A stretch of DNA of 64,000 nt. It comes from Nitrospirota bacterium (GTDB lineage Bacteria > Nitrospirota > Nitrospiria > Nitrospirales > NS-4). Shown here one piece after another: positions 19,413 to 30,622 of this stretch. A model generated the notes under the pieces. The model did not search any database, was not told where the DNA came from, and saw nothing but the letters and a program-made list of their open reading frames with translations. The position numbers and the translations under genes are program-made. Where the stretch lies: positions 32,001-96,000 of the forward strand of contig CAWBGA010000001.1 of the NCBI GenBank assembly GCA_963788195.1. Reading direction: 5' to 3'. The number at the start of each line of letters is the position of its first letter. Within the stretch, counting starts at the first letter, position 1.

Positions 19413-20729
19413 ATGGCTGAGATCCGTCCATTCCAAGGTGCCCTGTATGATCAATCGAAGATTGGGGACATCGCCAAGGTCGTCGCGCCTCCGTACGACG
19501 TCATCGACTCTTCCGAACAAACCGTGCTCTACGGGAGGCATCCATCCAACATCATCCGCTTGGAGTTGGGTCAGGACCAACCTGGAGACGGAGTCAAAGA
19601 GAACCGGTACTCGCGTGCCCGACAATTTTTAACCGAATGGCTCGATAACGGTACTCTTCGACGGGATGACTCGGCCGCGATCTATCTGTACACCATTCAA
19701 TACCGATTGCGCTCGGGAGACGAGCGCACCATGCGCGGATTCCTGTCACTCGTGAAGCTTGAAGACTTCGGAACGGGACGCATCTTTCCGCACGAAAATA
19801 CACGCGCCGCAGCGAAGACGGATCGATACCAGCTTCTGGAGAGTTGCCGGAGCAATTTCAGCCCGATCTTCTCATTGTATTCAGACCCGCGCGGTCACGT
19901 CATTGAGATACTTGAGAAAGCAGCGGACCAGGAAAACCCCCGTTTTGACATGACGGACGGCACCGGCGCCCGGCATCGATTCTGGGGAATTACCGACAAG
20001 AAGACTCTCGGAGAGGTGGTTGCGCTCATGGCGCCGCTGCCGCTCTTTATCGCGGACGGCCACCACCGCTATGAATCCGCCCTGCGCTACCGGAACGCCC
20101 AGCGAGACCTGCGTCCCGGAGATACCGGCGAGCTACCCTCAGACTATGTGATGATGTATTTCTCCAACCTTGAAGACCCGGGATTGACGATCCTACCCAC
20201 GCATCGTCTGATTCCCCCTCCCTTAACCTTGGATCTGCAGGAACTTCGAAGGCGGGTGGGACAAAACTTCGCCTTGCAGACGTTCCCCTTTACGAAAGAT
20301 ACGGAACCTGGGGTGCGGGAGCGGTTTTTGACCGCCCTGCACGCCGCCCAGCCGACCAACGCGCATACAATGGGTCTGATTGTGCGAGGCGAGACGCGTT
20401 ACGATCTGCTGACGCTCAACGCGGTCGCCGAGGCAAAACTCGGCGCCTCGGCGCGGGACCATCTTGATGTGTCGATCCTTCAGCGATTCCTCTTTCAGGA
20501 GGCGATGAACATGACACCCGCAGATGAAGAGCGGCTGAATTACTTAAAAGACGAAGAGGAAGTGGTGGCCGCCGTCGTGCAGGGAGATGCAGACATGGCG
20601 GTTCTGTTGAATCCGCCGAAGATTTCCGAGGTCAAAGAAGTGGCTCGCAACGGCGACCGCATGCCGCACAAATCCACGTATTTCTATCCGAAACCTCTCA
20701 CCGGTTTTGTCCTGAACGTCATGGAGTGA
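19413..20729 (+). CDS. DUF1015 family protein
   Basis: APPYDVI, IFPHENT, IADGHHRYES, MPHKSTYFYPKP. Confidence 0.92.
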   Translation: MAEIRPFQGALYDQSKIGDIAKVVAPPYDVIDSSEQTVLYGRHPSNIIRLELGQDQPGDGVKENRYSRARQFLTEWLDNGTLRRDDSAAIYLYTIQYRLRSGDERTMRGFLSLVKLEDFGTGRIFPHENTRAAAKTDRYQLLESCRSNFSPIFSLYSDPRGHVIEILEKAADQENPRFDMTDGTGARHRFWGITDKKTLGEVVALMAPLPLFIADGHHRYESALRYRNAQRDLRPGDTGELPSDYVMMYFSNLEDPGLTILPTHRLIPPPLTLDLQELRRRVGQNFALQTFPFTKDTEPGVRERFLTALHAAQPTNAHTMGLIVRGETRYDLLTLNAVAEAKLGASARDHLDVSILQRFLFQEAMNMTPADEERLNYLKDEEEVVAAVVQGDADMAVLLNPPKISEVKEVARNGDRMPHKSTYFYPKPLTGFVLNVME

Positions 20730-20854
20730 TGCAGTATCCTTTCGAGTTGCAGAGGTATCTAAGACGATACGAACGCGGCGACAGCTAAAAGAATATAGAG
20801 TACCTCCGATCGTCATAACTCTCGGTAAAATTTCCCTTTATCGTACCCGTTTGT

Positions 20855-20871
20855 TCGGCACTGGCCTTGCA
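20855..20871 (+). promoter_or_regulatory. Sigma-54 -24/-12 promoter candidate
   Basis: CGGCAC-TGGCC-TTGCA (GG-N10-GC). Confidence 0.55.
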
Positions 20872-20889
20872 CCTTCCATGCCTACAATA

Positions 20890-20914
20890 GTCTGTCAGGG
20901 TTTCCCCGACAGAC
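20890..20914. promoter_or_regulatory. Dyad site CTGTCAGG-N5-CCYGACAG (candidate regulator binding site)
   Basis: GTCTGTCAGGGTTTCCCCGACAGAC; near-identical dyad at 36920-36940. Confidence 0.55.
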
Positions 20915-20988
20915 AATCGTTAGCGGGACTTGATACACACCTGTCCGCTACTTTGCCGCGCGAGTCGTTGCCGGCGTGAAAGGATCTT

Positions 20989-22335
20989 ATGGGGATGCCA
21001 GTTCTGGTTGTTGATGATGAACCGGATATCGCCAGGCTCCTCGCTGATCGCCTGGAAACCATGGGGCTCGAGGTCCAAGTCGCTCATGATGGAGAGGAAG
21101 CCCTCCAAGCCGTACAACAGAATCCACCAGGGTTGGTATTTCTCGACATTCAGATGCCCAAGCTGGACGGTATGGAAGTACTCAAGCGGGTGCGTAAAGA
21201 CTCGCTCGATGTGCCGGTAATCATTATGACAGCGCACGGCACGATCGCCGGCGCTGTCGAAGCTATGAAGGAGGGGGCCACCGACTTTATAACTAAGCCG
21301 TTTGATCTGGATTACGTCAAGATCGTTCTGAACAGAACCTTAGAGCAGCACGGTTTGAAGCGCGAGGTGGCAGCCCTGCGAGCCGAGGTCGAAAGCCGAT
21401 ACGATCCGCTCATTGCGAGCAGTCCTAAGATGGCCGAGGTCGTGCAGATCGCCCAAAAGGTGGCCCCCAGCGACACGACCGTCCTGCTGTTGGGGGAAAG
21501 CGGGACAGGCAAGGACTTACTGGCCCGCTCGATCCATGCCTGCAGCAATCGTGCGGCAAAGCTCTTTGCCCCCGTCAACTGTGTCGCGTTGTCGGAGGAG
21601 CTTCTGGAGTCTGAGCTCTTTGGGCACGAGAAAGGCGCCTTCACGGGCGCTTCGGCGCAGAAGCGGGGAAAGATCGAAGTGGCCGATGGCGGGACCGTCT
21701 TCCTGGACGAGATTGGCGATATGAAGCCAGGCTTGCAGGCCAAGCTCCTGCGATTTTTGCAGAACAGAGAGTTCGATCGCGTGGGTGGAACCCGGACGGT
21801 CAAGGTCAACGTCCGGGTGATCGCGGCCACGAATCGGGATCTTCAGGAAGCCGTCAAAGCCGGAAGCTTTCGGACAGACCTGTTCTACCGGTTAAACGTT
21901 GTCAGTATCACGCTGCCGCCGTTGCGCGAGCGGCTCGACGAAATTCCCCAACTGGCCGATCTGTTTCTTAAGAAGTATTGCCGGGACGCCAAGAAGCCGC
22001 CCATGAAGTTCTCGCCGGGGGCCGTGAAGAAATTGGCTGCGCATCTGTGGCCGGGGAATGTCCGGGAGCTGCAGAACGCCGTCGAGCGCGCGGTCGTGCT
22101 GAAAACCGGGGACACCATCGAGCCGGAGGACCTGGCGTTAGAGCCGATGGATCTCGGGTCTGAGGAATCGAATGGCATGGACCTCCCCTTCCATGAGTCC
22201 GTCGACTTCCATAAGAAACAGATCATCAAGCAGGCGCTCACCCGCGCGGGTGGCAGCCAAACCCAGGCTGCCACACTACTGGCGCTGCAACGTTCCTATC
22301 TGGCGCGGCTCATCAAGCAGATGGAGATTCGGTAA
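20989..22335 (+). CDS. Sigma-54-dependent response regulator (NtrC/AtoC family), copy 1
   Basis: REC domain, GESGTGKD, ESELFGHEKGAFTGA, WPGNVREL, Fis-type HTH. Confidence 0.95.
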   Translation: MGMPVLVVDDEPDIARLLADRLETMGLEVQVAHDGEEALQAVQQNPPGLVFLDIQMPKLDGMEVLKRVRKDSLDVPVIIMTAHGTIAGAVEAMKEGATDFITKPFDLDYVKIVLNRTLEQHGLKREVAALRAEVESRYDPLIASSPKMAEVVQIAQKVAPSDTTVLLLGESGTGKDLLARSIHACSNRAAKLFAPVNCVALSEELLESELFGHEKGAFTGASAQKRGKIEVADGGTVFLDEIGDMKPGLQAKLLRFLQNREFDRVGGTRTVKVNVRVIAATNRDLQEAVKAGSFRTDLFYRLNVVSITLPPLRERLDEIPQLADLFLKKYCRDAKKPPMKFSPGAVKKLAAHLWPGNVRELQNAVERAVVLKTGDTIEPEDLALEPMDLGSEESNGMDLPFHESVDFHKKQIIKQALTRAGGSQTQAATLLALQRSYLARLIKQMEIR

Positions 22336-22397
22336 GTATGGGAATGCGCTCGTGGATAACTGTCCGAGACCTGCTAACGAGAAGACCGGAGGCGCCG

Positions 22398-22937
22398 ATG
22401 ACTCGATTACTTGCAGCGTTTCTCTTTCTGGTAGTCACCGTAGGATGCGCTAACGTCGAAGTGCGACCAATTAGGACAAAGGATAAAGGCGATATAAAGA
22501 AGGATAAAGACGATATAGCGGGTGTACGCTTCTACCGGCCATGGCCTTACTTATGGATCAAGCCTACCGCTGAGAAGGATAAGGCGGGATGTACCATTGA
22601 GATCATGTATCTCCCTGACCTGAGCCAGGAGTACATCATTATTCCTCATACCGGGATTGGATCAGTCACCATGGAGCCTACTTTAACGCAAGGGTGGGCC
22701 TTGACTGTATTCAATGCCACGGCTGATTCCAAAGCATCAGACATGGTTACCGCAGTCAGCGGCCTGGTGGGAAATATAGCTTCGCTTGGTGTGCCACTTA
22801 CTGACTCGCCTCCTGACCCATCTGAGAAGCCTAAGCCGAAGCCACTCCCGCCAGGGTTGTATGCGTTACAGTTCGGAAAGAATGGAATGGTAAACGGCCT
22901 ATTGCCAGCAATTCAACATGAGGGCGCATGTTCGTGA
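22398..22937 (+). CDS. Putative lipoprotein
   Basis: GGAGG RBS before ATG 22398; lipobox-like VTVGC. Confidence 0.7.
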   Translation: MTRLLAAFLFLVVTVGCANVEVRPIRTKDKGDIKKDKDDIAGVRFYRPWPYLWIKPTAEKDKAGCTIEIMYLPDLSQEYIIIPHTGIGSVTMEPTLTQGWALTVFNATADSKASDMVTAVSGLVGNIASLGVPLTDSPPDPSEKPKPKPLPPGLYALQFGKNGMVNGLLPAIQHEGACS

Positions 22938-23088
22938 TGTTGGTTAATCGACATAAAGATAAATGCGATGAAGTAAAAAATGGCTTTAACGCATCATTGG
23001 TGGTGTCAGTTTTCAAAGCGTGTGCTACTACAGAAAATGGTATTGGAGAATTGAGCAGAGCCGAACAGCTAGTCAATAAGCTTCTGTA

Positions 23089-24744
23089 GTGAAGGGGACG
23101 ATTATGAACAAAGGCGATGCAATAAAAGCGATATTTGTTGGCTGCGTTTGTTCAATCGTTATGTTAGGGCTTGAAACAAATTTACTTGCTCAGCCCACGG
23201 ATGCCTCAATCAAAAAGTTTCCACCCGGAGTTGTTCCGTCTATACCGCAGGTGGTGCCCAACGAGGTTGTCGTTCAGTATAACAAACGATCTTTTACTGG
23301 GTCGGACTCGTTCGAGGACCGTGAGCGGCAATTGAATGCTTTAGGCAATCAACTCAGCAGAGAATTAAGGATCAAATTCAGCAGAGAATTCGATACCGAT
23401 CTTAGGTTTTCGGTGATCCGCACGTATCCCCGTTTAGGATCTCTACGAATTAAACTGCCATCTGAAGTATCGATATCGAAAGTCATCGAAGCCTTAAAAA
23501 ACGACGAGCGTTTTGAATACGTCGCGCCTAACTACAAGATTTTTGGTCATGGACACAACGTTTCTCCCCCCAATGATCAATATTGGTTGTCACACTATCC
23601 TCCATCTGGGCCCGACCCCACATTATGGGGACTCCAAAAGATCGGAATGAAAAATGCTTGGGGAGTTCAGGCGGGTGGCGCGACGATTATTGCTGTTCTC
23701 GACTCAGGAATCGATTTTACACATCCGGACCTCCAGGACAACATGTGGCCAAGTCGAGGGAAAAACATTTTGTATTATGGCGGCAATACTGATTGCGTCA
23801 GAGGCGCAAATGATCCGACCCCCATGGATCACGACGGTCACGGAACGATGGTGGCTGGAACAATCGCGGCGTACGGGCATAATGATAATCCGCCTGACGA
23901 GCGGACAGGCTTTGTAGGAGTCAATCAAAGAGCACAGCTTATGGCTGTGAAGATTATGTGCAACGAAGTGGGCTCGGTCGATCCCTTGGAAGTTTCGGGC
24001 AATATTGAAGACGCAAAAGACGGAGTCCAATACGCGATAGACCACGGTGCAACAATAATTAACGGCAGCTGGGGCTTTAATGGACTAAGCCCCAGTAATC
24101 CTCACGTTGCTCAACTAAAAGAGACAATTAACAGTGCAAAGAATACTGTCCTGTATGTTGCGTCCGCTGGAAATGACTCGATGGATATTAGCAGTAGCTC
24201 GATATGGATGTGGCCACAAAAGTTTGCCCTTAGAAATGAAATTGTTGTGGCAGCATCGAATCCAGGGGATGAATTATGGGTTGAACCACCCCTGGGCTCC
24301 AATTATGGAACAACGAGCGTAGATATCGCGGCTCCCGGCCAGAACATTTGGAGCACTTGTCCTTCCAGTATTTGTCCACCTGGAGAGTGGGGAGTGGGAA
24401 GTGGCACATCAGGAGCCGCGCCGCATGTCTCAGGTTGTGCGGCTTTAATGCAAGCCCGGCGCGCAACGACTCACCCTTCTAACCCTTTGCGGCCCGCGGA
24501 TTTGAAAGCGATTCTAAGGACAACTGCGGACTCGGTGGGGCTTAACGTGGCTACAGGTGCAAGATTAAACTGCTATGCGGCAGTCACTGCGGTGGAGTCG
24601 TATTGTACTAGATGGGGTTTTTGGTGCAGGTTCCATCTTCTCTTTGAAGGAATGTTTACCTGGTTTAAGGGACCTAGTAAACCAGGCCCTGATCCAGGTC
24701 CCGAGGAGGTCCGTCAACCATCAGACACCGGTAATCCCCAATGA
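23089..24744 (+). CDS. Secreted S8 (subtilisin-family) serine protease
   Basis: Signal peptide, prodomain, catalytic triad VLDSG / HGTMVAG / GTSGAAPHVSG, ASAGN oxyanion motif. Confidence 0.93.
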   Translation: MKGTIMNKGDAIKAIFVGCVCSIVMLGLETNLLAQPTDASIKKFPPGVVPSIPQVVPNEVVVQYNKRSFTGSDSFEDRERQLNALGNQLSRELRIKFSREFDTDLRFSVIRTYPRLGSLRIKLPSEVSISKVIEALKNDERFEYVAPNYKIFGHGHNVSPPNDQYWLSHYPPSGPDPTLWGLQKIGMKNAWGVQAGGATIIAVLDSGIDFTHPDLQDNMWPSRGKNILYYGGNTDCVRGANDPTPMDHDGHGTMVAGTIAAYGHNDNPPDERTGFVGVNQRAQLMAVKIMCNEVGSVDPLEVSGNIEDAKDGVQYAIDHGATIINGSWGFNGLSPSNPHVAQLKETINSAKNTVLYVASAGNDSMDISSSSIWMWPQKFALRNEIVVAASNPGDELWVEPPLGSNYGTTSVDIAAPGQNIWSTCPSSICPPGEWGVGSGTSGAAPHVSGCAALMQARRATTHPSNPLRPADLKAILRTTADSVGLNVATGARLNCYAAVTAVESYCTRWGFWCRFHLLFEGMFTWFKGPSKPGPDPGPEEVRQPSDTGNPQ

Positions 24745-24808
24745 ATGTTCGATTAACAGTATAGGTATAGCGGATGGGATCGCAGCTCACACAAACAAAG
24801 GAGGAGAG

Positions 24809-25186
24809 ATGATGCAACTTAGGCACAGCATAACGCAAAAAGTACCGGTGATTCTTTTTTGTTTGATACTTGCTGGGACGTTTACGTTTCCGGTTTCTGC
24901 AGAATTGGTTGCTCTGGAGCAAGGAATATCCGGAGCTCAACAGGCCGCAGTCGGAGATCAGAAATCAACGAAAGACCAGGAGTGTGTTGTCGTTGTTGAT
25001 TTGGAGAAGATTCCAGATGTGAAAACTGTGAAAGGTGGAAAAGGCAAAGGACATTGGCCTTGCATGAAGACACCAAATGGAACAGGTGGGTATAAATGCT
25101 TGTCTATGTATGAAGGCAGGCCTGGATGCAACGACCATCCTGAGTGGAGTTGCACGACAATCAATAACGATTGCAAGTGTCAGTAA
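24809..25186 (+). CDS. Small secreted protein with a Cys-rich C-terminal domain
   Basis: AAGGAGGAG RBS, signal peptide, 6 Cys in the last ~41 aa ending DCKCQ. Confidence 0.72.
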   Translation: MMQLRHSITQKVPVILFCLILAGTFTFPVSAELVALEQGISGAQQAAVGDQKSTKDQECVVVVDLEKIPDVKTVKGGKGKGHWPCMKTPNGTGGYKCLSMYEGRPGCNDHPEWSCTTINNDCKCQ

Positions 25187-25203
25187 TTCTCGTTCTCGTC
25201 AGC

Positions 25204-25238
25204 AGGGCGGCGGTCAGAGGCCGCCGCCCTATCGTTTT
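25204..25238 (+). terminator. Putative intrinsic terminator or stabilising hairpin
   Basis: AGGGCGGCGG-7 nt-CCGCCGCCCT followed by ATCGTTTT. Confidence 0.55.
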
Positions 25239-25276
25239 CAAGGAGGGGACGCAGGTCTTTCGGCGGAGAGGGTTCA

Positions 25277-28248
25277 ATGAGTTTAAATAAAGCGCGCGTA
25301 CTTACAGTAACCTTGGCATATGGGGCTATTACTATAGTCGTGTTCCTTCTGGGTGTTGTTGTCAACAATACCCACCCGGCGTGGGCTCAAGGAGTATCTC
25401 CTATCACTGCTTCGGGCCAGAGCACAAATGTCGGACCTCCGACTAACGTTGCTGGTGGCAAGGTTCAGTACGACATAACGGGTGGGACGAGGCCTGCCAA
25501 CGGCCCGAATTTATTTCATAGCTTCGGAGAATTCGGCGTACCGACTAACAACATCGCCAATTTCCTCAACGATTCGGGTCGCGCCACCTCGAATATTCTT
25601 AGCCGCGTGACTGGAGGAAATCCGTCGAACATTTTCGGTACCATTCAGACAACTGGATTTGGGAATGCCAATCTCTTTCTCATGAATCCGGCTGGGATTC
25701 TTTTCGGGCCGAACGCAACATTGAATGTTGGCGGGTCTGTGCACTTTACTACCGCCGATTATTTGCGATTAACTGATGGCGCGCGCTTTAATGCCATCCC
25801 AAATGCAGCGGCCGATGCACTATTGAGTACCGCACCGGTGGCGGCCTTTGGATTTCTAGCATCAAATCCTGCAACGATCGCTGTTCAAGGCAGCGCTCTT
25901 TCCGTGCCTTCCGGCGAATCCATTTCCATTGTCGGTGGTAATATCTCAATCCAGGCTGGCACGCTTGAGGATGGAACAAGTCAGGCGGCGCACCTTTCCG
26001 CTCCGGGCGGCCAGATCCGGTTGGCAAGCGTGGCATCGCCAGGTGAGATTCTTCACCCAACGCTGGAAGCGGCATCGAACGTCAACGGCCAAATTTTTTC
26101 GAGCATGGGAACACTTACGATTTCGGATAATGCGACCCTCGATGTCTCTGGAGATGCGGCAGGCACAGTCATCATTCGGGGTGGACAGTTGATAATCGTT
26201 GATTCCACGATCTCAGCCGACACCGTCGACACAAACGGAGCTCCGACCGCAATCGATATCAACATGACTGGTGACATCTCCATCGCGAATTCGACAGTTT
26301 CAGCCATCACTGCAAGAACGTCGGCAACCGGTGATGCAGGTAAGATACAAATATCGTCCGCTAACCTAAACGCACCTCTGACAGCAGATGGCATAATCTT
26401 AACCCTTATCGACACCCACACGTCTGGCACTGGGAAGGCGGGCAATATCAGCATCACGACAGGCAATCTATTGGTAACGGGCGACCCCAACGGTTTGGCG
26501 TTTTTTATCGACAGCGGGACGGCTGGACCAGGGCGCGGAGGAGATGTGTCCATTATCGCGCGGAACTTTCAGATGGACAATTCGGCTACCATTAGCACTG
26601 GCGACTTTCTTACTAGTTTCTTCGGCGCCCCCGCCACCGGACAGGCTGGCAACACAAATATCTCTGCCGATAACGTTCGAATGACTTTTTCGCAGATAGT
26701 TGTGGATGCCGCTCACGCTGGTAACATTAATATCTCGGGACATGAGCTCCAATCGCCAGCAAGTGTTGTCGAATTACAAGCGAGTTTTCTCAGCAGTACT
26801 GGACGAGTCAAAAGCGGCACAATTAATATTAATGCCGATCAATTGATCGCCTCGGATTCTCAAATAAATACGCTGACTCATGCTGACACCGGTGGGGCGA
26901 TCACAATTACCGGAAGAGTCATTGAGCTATCGACCGGGAGTGCCGTCACATCTACCACGAACGGCGATGGCAATGCAGGTGCCATTATCATTACAGCAAC
27001 CGATCATGTTGGATTATTCGGCTCCACTGGAAAGCCGGGCGAGCGGCATCTTCAGTAACTCGCTTGGAGATTTTGGAACTCTCGGAAACTCGGGCGACAT
27101 TGTCATTACCACCCCGAGACTAGAGATGACGGGCGGTGGCCGCATTAATACCACGACGGCATCAACTGGACGCGGCGGCAATGTGACGATTCACGCGACT
27201 GACTCGGTCTCCATGTCCGGTGAAACTGCTGGTCTTAGTCCTGAGCTGCTTTTTGCCCTTGGAACCATCCAGCCGAGTGGGATTTTCACACTAACAATCG
27301 GCGGTAAATGCTCCGGCGCCTGCGGAAATGCGGGGAACGTAATAATATCCACAGGATCGCTGTCGATGGGCAGTGGCGCACAAATTAATAGTGGAACGAG
27401 TAGCACTGGTCAAGGTGGGGACATTACAGCCACCGCAACCGGCCCCTTCTCCATTTCCGGAACCTTGAGTGATGGCACGTCTAGCGGCATCTTCAGCCGA
27501 ACAGTCGGAAGCGACCCTGCGTCAGGGAAAGGTGGAGATATCAACGTCCAAGCGCTGCAAGTCGCGCTGAGTAATAAGTCCAGTATATCCGCGAGCAGCA
27601 CCGGACCAGGAAATGCTGGCAATGTTACCATTCAAGCAGGCGACTCGTTTATGATGCACAGCAGCACGGTCAACACTTCGACGACGCAGAGCGACGGCGG
27701 CAATATCGCGATCCAAGCCGGAAATCTGGTGCAGTTGGTCGACAGCCAAATCACGACAGATGTGCAGGGGGGTGCGGGCAACGGAGGGAACATCACCATT
27801 GATCCTCCCACGGTTATAATCGACCACAGCAAGATTATTGCGAGCGCAATCGGCGGCAATGGCGGCAACATCAATATTGTGGCCGGAGTCTTCCTTGTCT
27901 CGCCGGATAGCATCATCGACGCCTCCTCGACGTTCGGCCTCTCGGGCACCATCAACATCGAATCGCCGATCACGAATCTCAGCGGCACATTGGCGCCGCT
28001 CCCGCAAGGTTTCCTGCAACCTGCGGCTTTCGCGGGTAGATGCGCGGCACGGCTGCAAGGAGGCCAGAACAGCACGCTGGTGGTGCGAACGTCCCGCGAT
28101 CGCATTCCGCCCGAGCCTGGTGAATTGCTGCTGAGCCCTCTGTTCGCAAGCACGCAAGGCGCTCCGGTGGCGCGGAGGTCTCAGCGATCTCGACGCGCTC
28201 CGAGCCGGGCTCACAGAGTTTCCCGTTCCGGGTGGATGTCCTTCGTAA
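25277..28248 (+). CDS. Filamentous haemagglutinin N-terminal (TPS) domain exoprotein; frame breaks near 27030 and 28180
   Basis: NLFHSF, NILSRVTGG and NPAGILFGPNA TPS motifs; G-x-G-G-N-I-x-I beta-helix repeats continue in ORF 26880-28376; an alternative-frame end GGCPS-TAA at 28248 abuts the next GTG. Confidence 0.85.
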
Positions 28249-30553
28249 GTGCGCTTCTGGCTGCTTGCTCCTCTCTCCCTCCTCATCGGTCTCGCGCTGG
28301 TAAGTACGGATCTCATCGTGCAGGCAGCGCCTCCTGTAGACGCCGGGCAACAGGATCCCCTCGAAGCTGGTCATGAAGCCTATCGCCGTGGGGACTTCAG
28401 AGAGGCGGCGCTGCGCTGGAGCGATGCCGCCCAGGCCTTCGCGCAGGCGGGGCGCGTGCGAGAGCAGACTGATGCTTTGCTGGCCTTGGCGCAGGCCCAA
28501 CAGTCCTTGGGTTTGTACCGTGAAGCCCTTCGCGATTTGAACAAGGCCCTCTCGGTGGCTGAACAGGCAGGAGACGCCGTGCGACTCGCCGAAGTCTTAG
28601 GCAGCGCAGGAAGCCTCTATGCCGCGCTGGGGGATACAGAGAAAGCCGAGGAGTATTTGCCCAGGGCACTACAATTGGCCCGCGACGAAAAGAACCCGGT
28701 GCTTATGGCGAACCTGCTGAACAATCTTGGCCGGCTCCGCTATTCGCAAGGCAAGATGGAAGATGCACTGCAGGCGTACAACGAGAGCCTTTCGGTCGCG
28801 CTTGCGGCGAAGAACCAAGAAGGGGCATTACGAGCTCGAATCAATCTGGCAACCCTGCTGTCCGAAGGGGGCCGCTTTGATGATGCCAACCGCGAGGCGA
28901 ACGAGGCGGCGAAGCAACTGCAACTTCTTCCGGATTCGTACGATGGCGCTTTCGGGTGGATCAGCGTTGGACTGATCGCTCAAAACCTTCGTGGGAATTT
29001 GCCTCACCGCAAGGACGCCCTGACGCTGGAAGCCCTGGATGCTTTCAAGAGAGCCGTCTGAGGTGGCACTCAGGCTGAAGAATCCACGTGTGGCTTCGTA
29101 TGCCTGGGGGCACATGGGCAGCCTGTATGAGTCGGAGCGGCGCTACGACGAAGCGTTGGAATTCACGGACCGCGCAATCCTCAGCGCCCAGGACGCCGTT
29201 GCTCCCGAAGCGCTGCATCGTTGGTACTGGCAACGCGCGCGCCTGCTGACGGCACGGGATCAAGCTGACGAGGCCATCCTCGCGTATCGGCACGCGGTCG
29301 CGGCGATGGAATCGATCCGGCCGGAGCTCGCGCCGACGTCCACCGGAAAATCCTTCCGGGAGGGCGCCGGGAGGCTTTATTTTGAACTCGCGGACCTGCT
29401 CCTGCGTCGGGCTGCGTTACAGCAATCTTCAGAAAAAGAAAAGCCCTTCCTGGCGGAGGCGCGTGACGTGATCGAAAAATTCAAGGGCGCTGAGTTGCGC
29501 GACTACTTCCGGGACGAGTGCGTGGATGCTGCCCAATCGAGGGCGGGTGATGTGGAAAAGGCATCGAAGAATACGGCGGTACTGTATCCGATTCTGCTTC
29601 CGGACCGGACCGAGCTGCTTGTCAGCCTGCACGGAGAGCTCAAGCGTGTCAGGGTGCCGGTGACTGCTGCCACGCTGACAAAGGAAGTGGGGGCATTTCG
29701 TCATCGCCTCGAGAAACGTACGACTCAGCAGTATCGTCCGCACGCGCAGCAGCTGTACGACTGGCTGATCCGCCCGATTTTGCCGCTCCTCGAAGCACAG
29801 CCTATCGACACATTGGTCATCGTGCCGGACGGCCCGCTTCGAACCATCCCGTTCGCCGCGTTGCATGACGGAAAACAATTCTTGATCGAACGCTATGCGG
29901 TTGCGACGGCGCCTGGGATGACGCTGACCGATGCCCGTCCCTTCAACAGGGCGAGGGCGCGCGCACTGTCTGCGGGGTTGAGCCAGGAGGTGCAGAGTTA
30001 TCCGTCCTTGCCGAATGTCACAGAAGAATTGCGCGCCGTGCAGCGGCTCTATCCGGGAACGCTGCTGGCGAATCAGGACTTTGTCCTGTCCAGGCTGGAG
30101 CGGGAGTTGAAGCAGCAGGACTTCACCATCCTTCATATTGCGTCCCATGGAGAATTCAATCGGGATGCGCGCAAAAGCTTTATCCTGACATTTGATGAGA
30201 AGCTGACGATGGACAAGCTTGAAGAATTCATCGGGCTTCTGAAATTCCGCGAGACGCCGTTGGCGTTACTGACGTTGAGTGCTTGCCAGACGGCGGCAGA
30301 CGACGACCGGGCGGCGCTTGGTCTTGCAGGGGTGGCTATCAAAGCAGGGGCCGCCAGCGCCATGGCGACACTATGGTCTATCAACGATGAGGCCGCGTCC
30401 GCTCTCGTCTCCGACTTCTACCGGCAGCTGTACGAGTCGTCGGTGTCAAAGGCGGTCGCGCTTCAACGAGCGCAACTGAAGCTCCTGCAGGATTCTATCT
30501 ATCAGCACCCCGCGTATTGGTCGCCCTTTCTTTTGCTCAGCAATTGGCTGTGA
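28249..30553 (+). CDS. TPR + CHAT (caspase-like) domain protein; frame break near 29055
   Basis: Signal peptide and TPR repeats (28249-29061) continue in ORF 29039-30553 with LHIASHGEF, LSACQTA, TLWSIND, HPAYWSPF. Confidence 0.88.
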
Positions 30554-30568
30554 ACAGTACCACGGAGT

Positions 30569-30585
30569 CTGGCACTGCTATTGCT
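30569..30585 (+). promoter_or_regulatory. Sigma-54 -24/-12 promoter
   Basis: CTGGCAC-TGCTA-TTGCT, essentially consensus, ~38 nt before ATG 30623. Confidence 0.75.
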
Positions 30586-30622
30586 TTATCTTTTTACAGG
30601 AAGAAGGGCGGAGGATGGGGCA

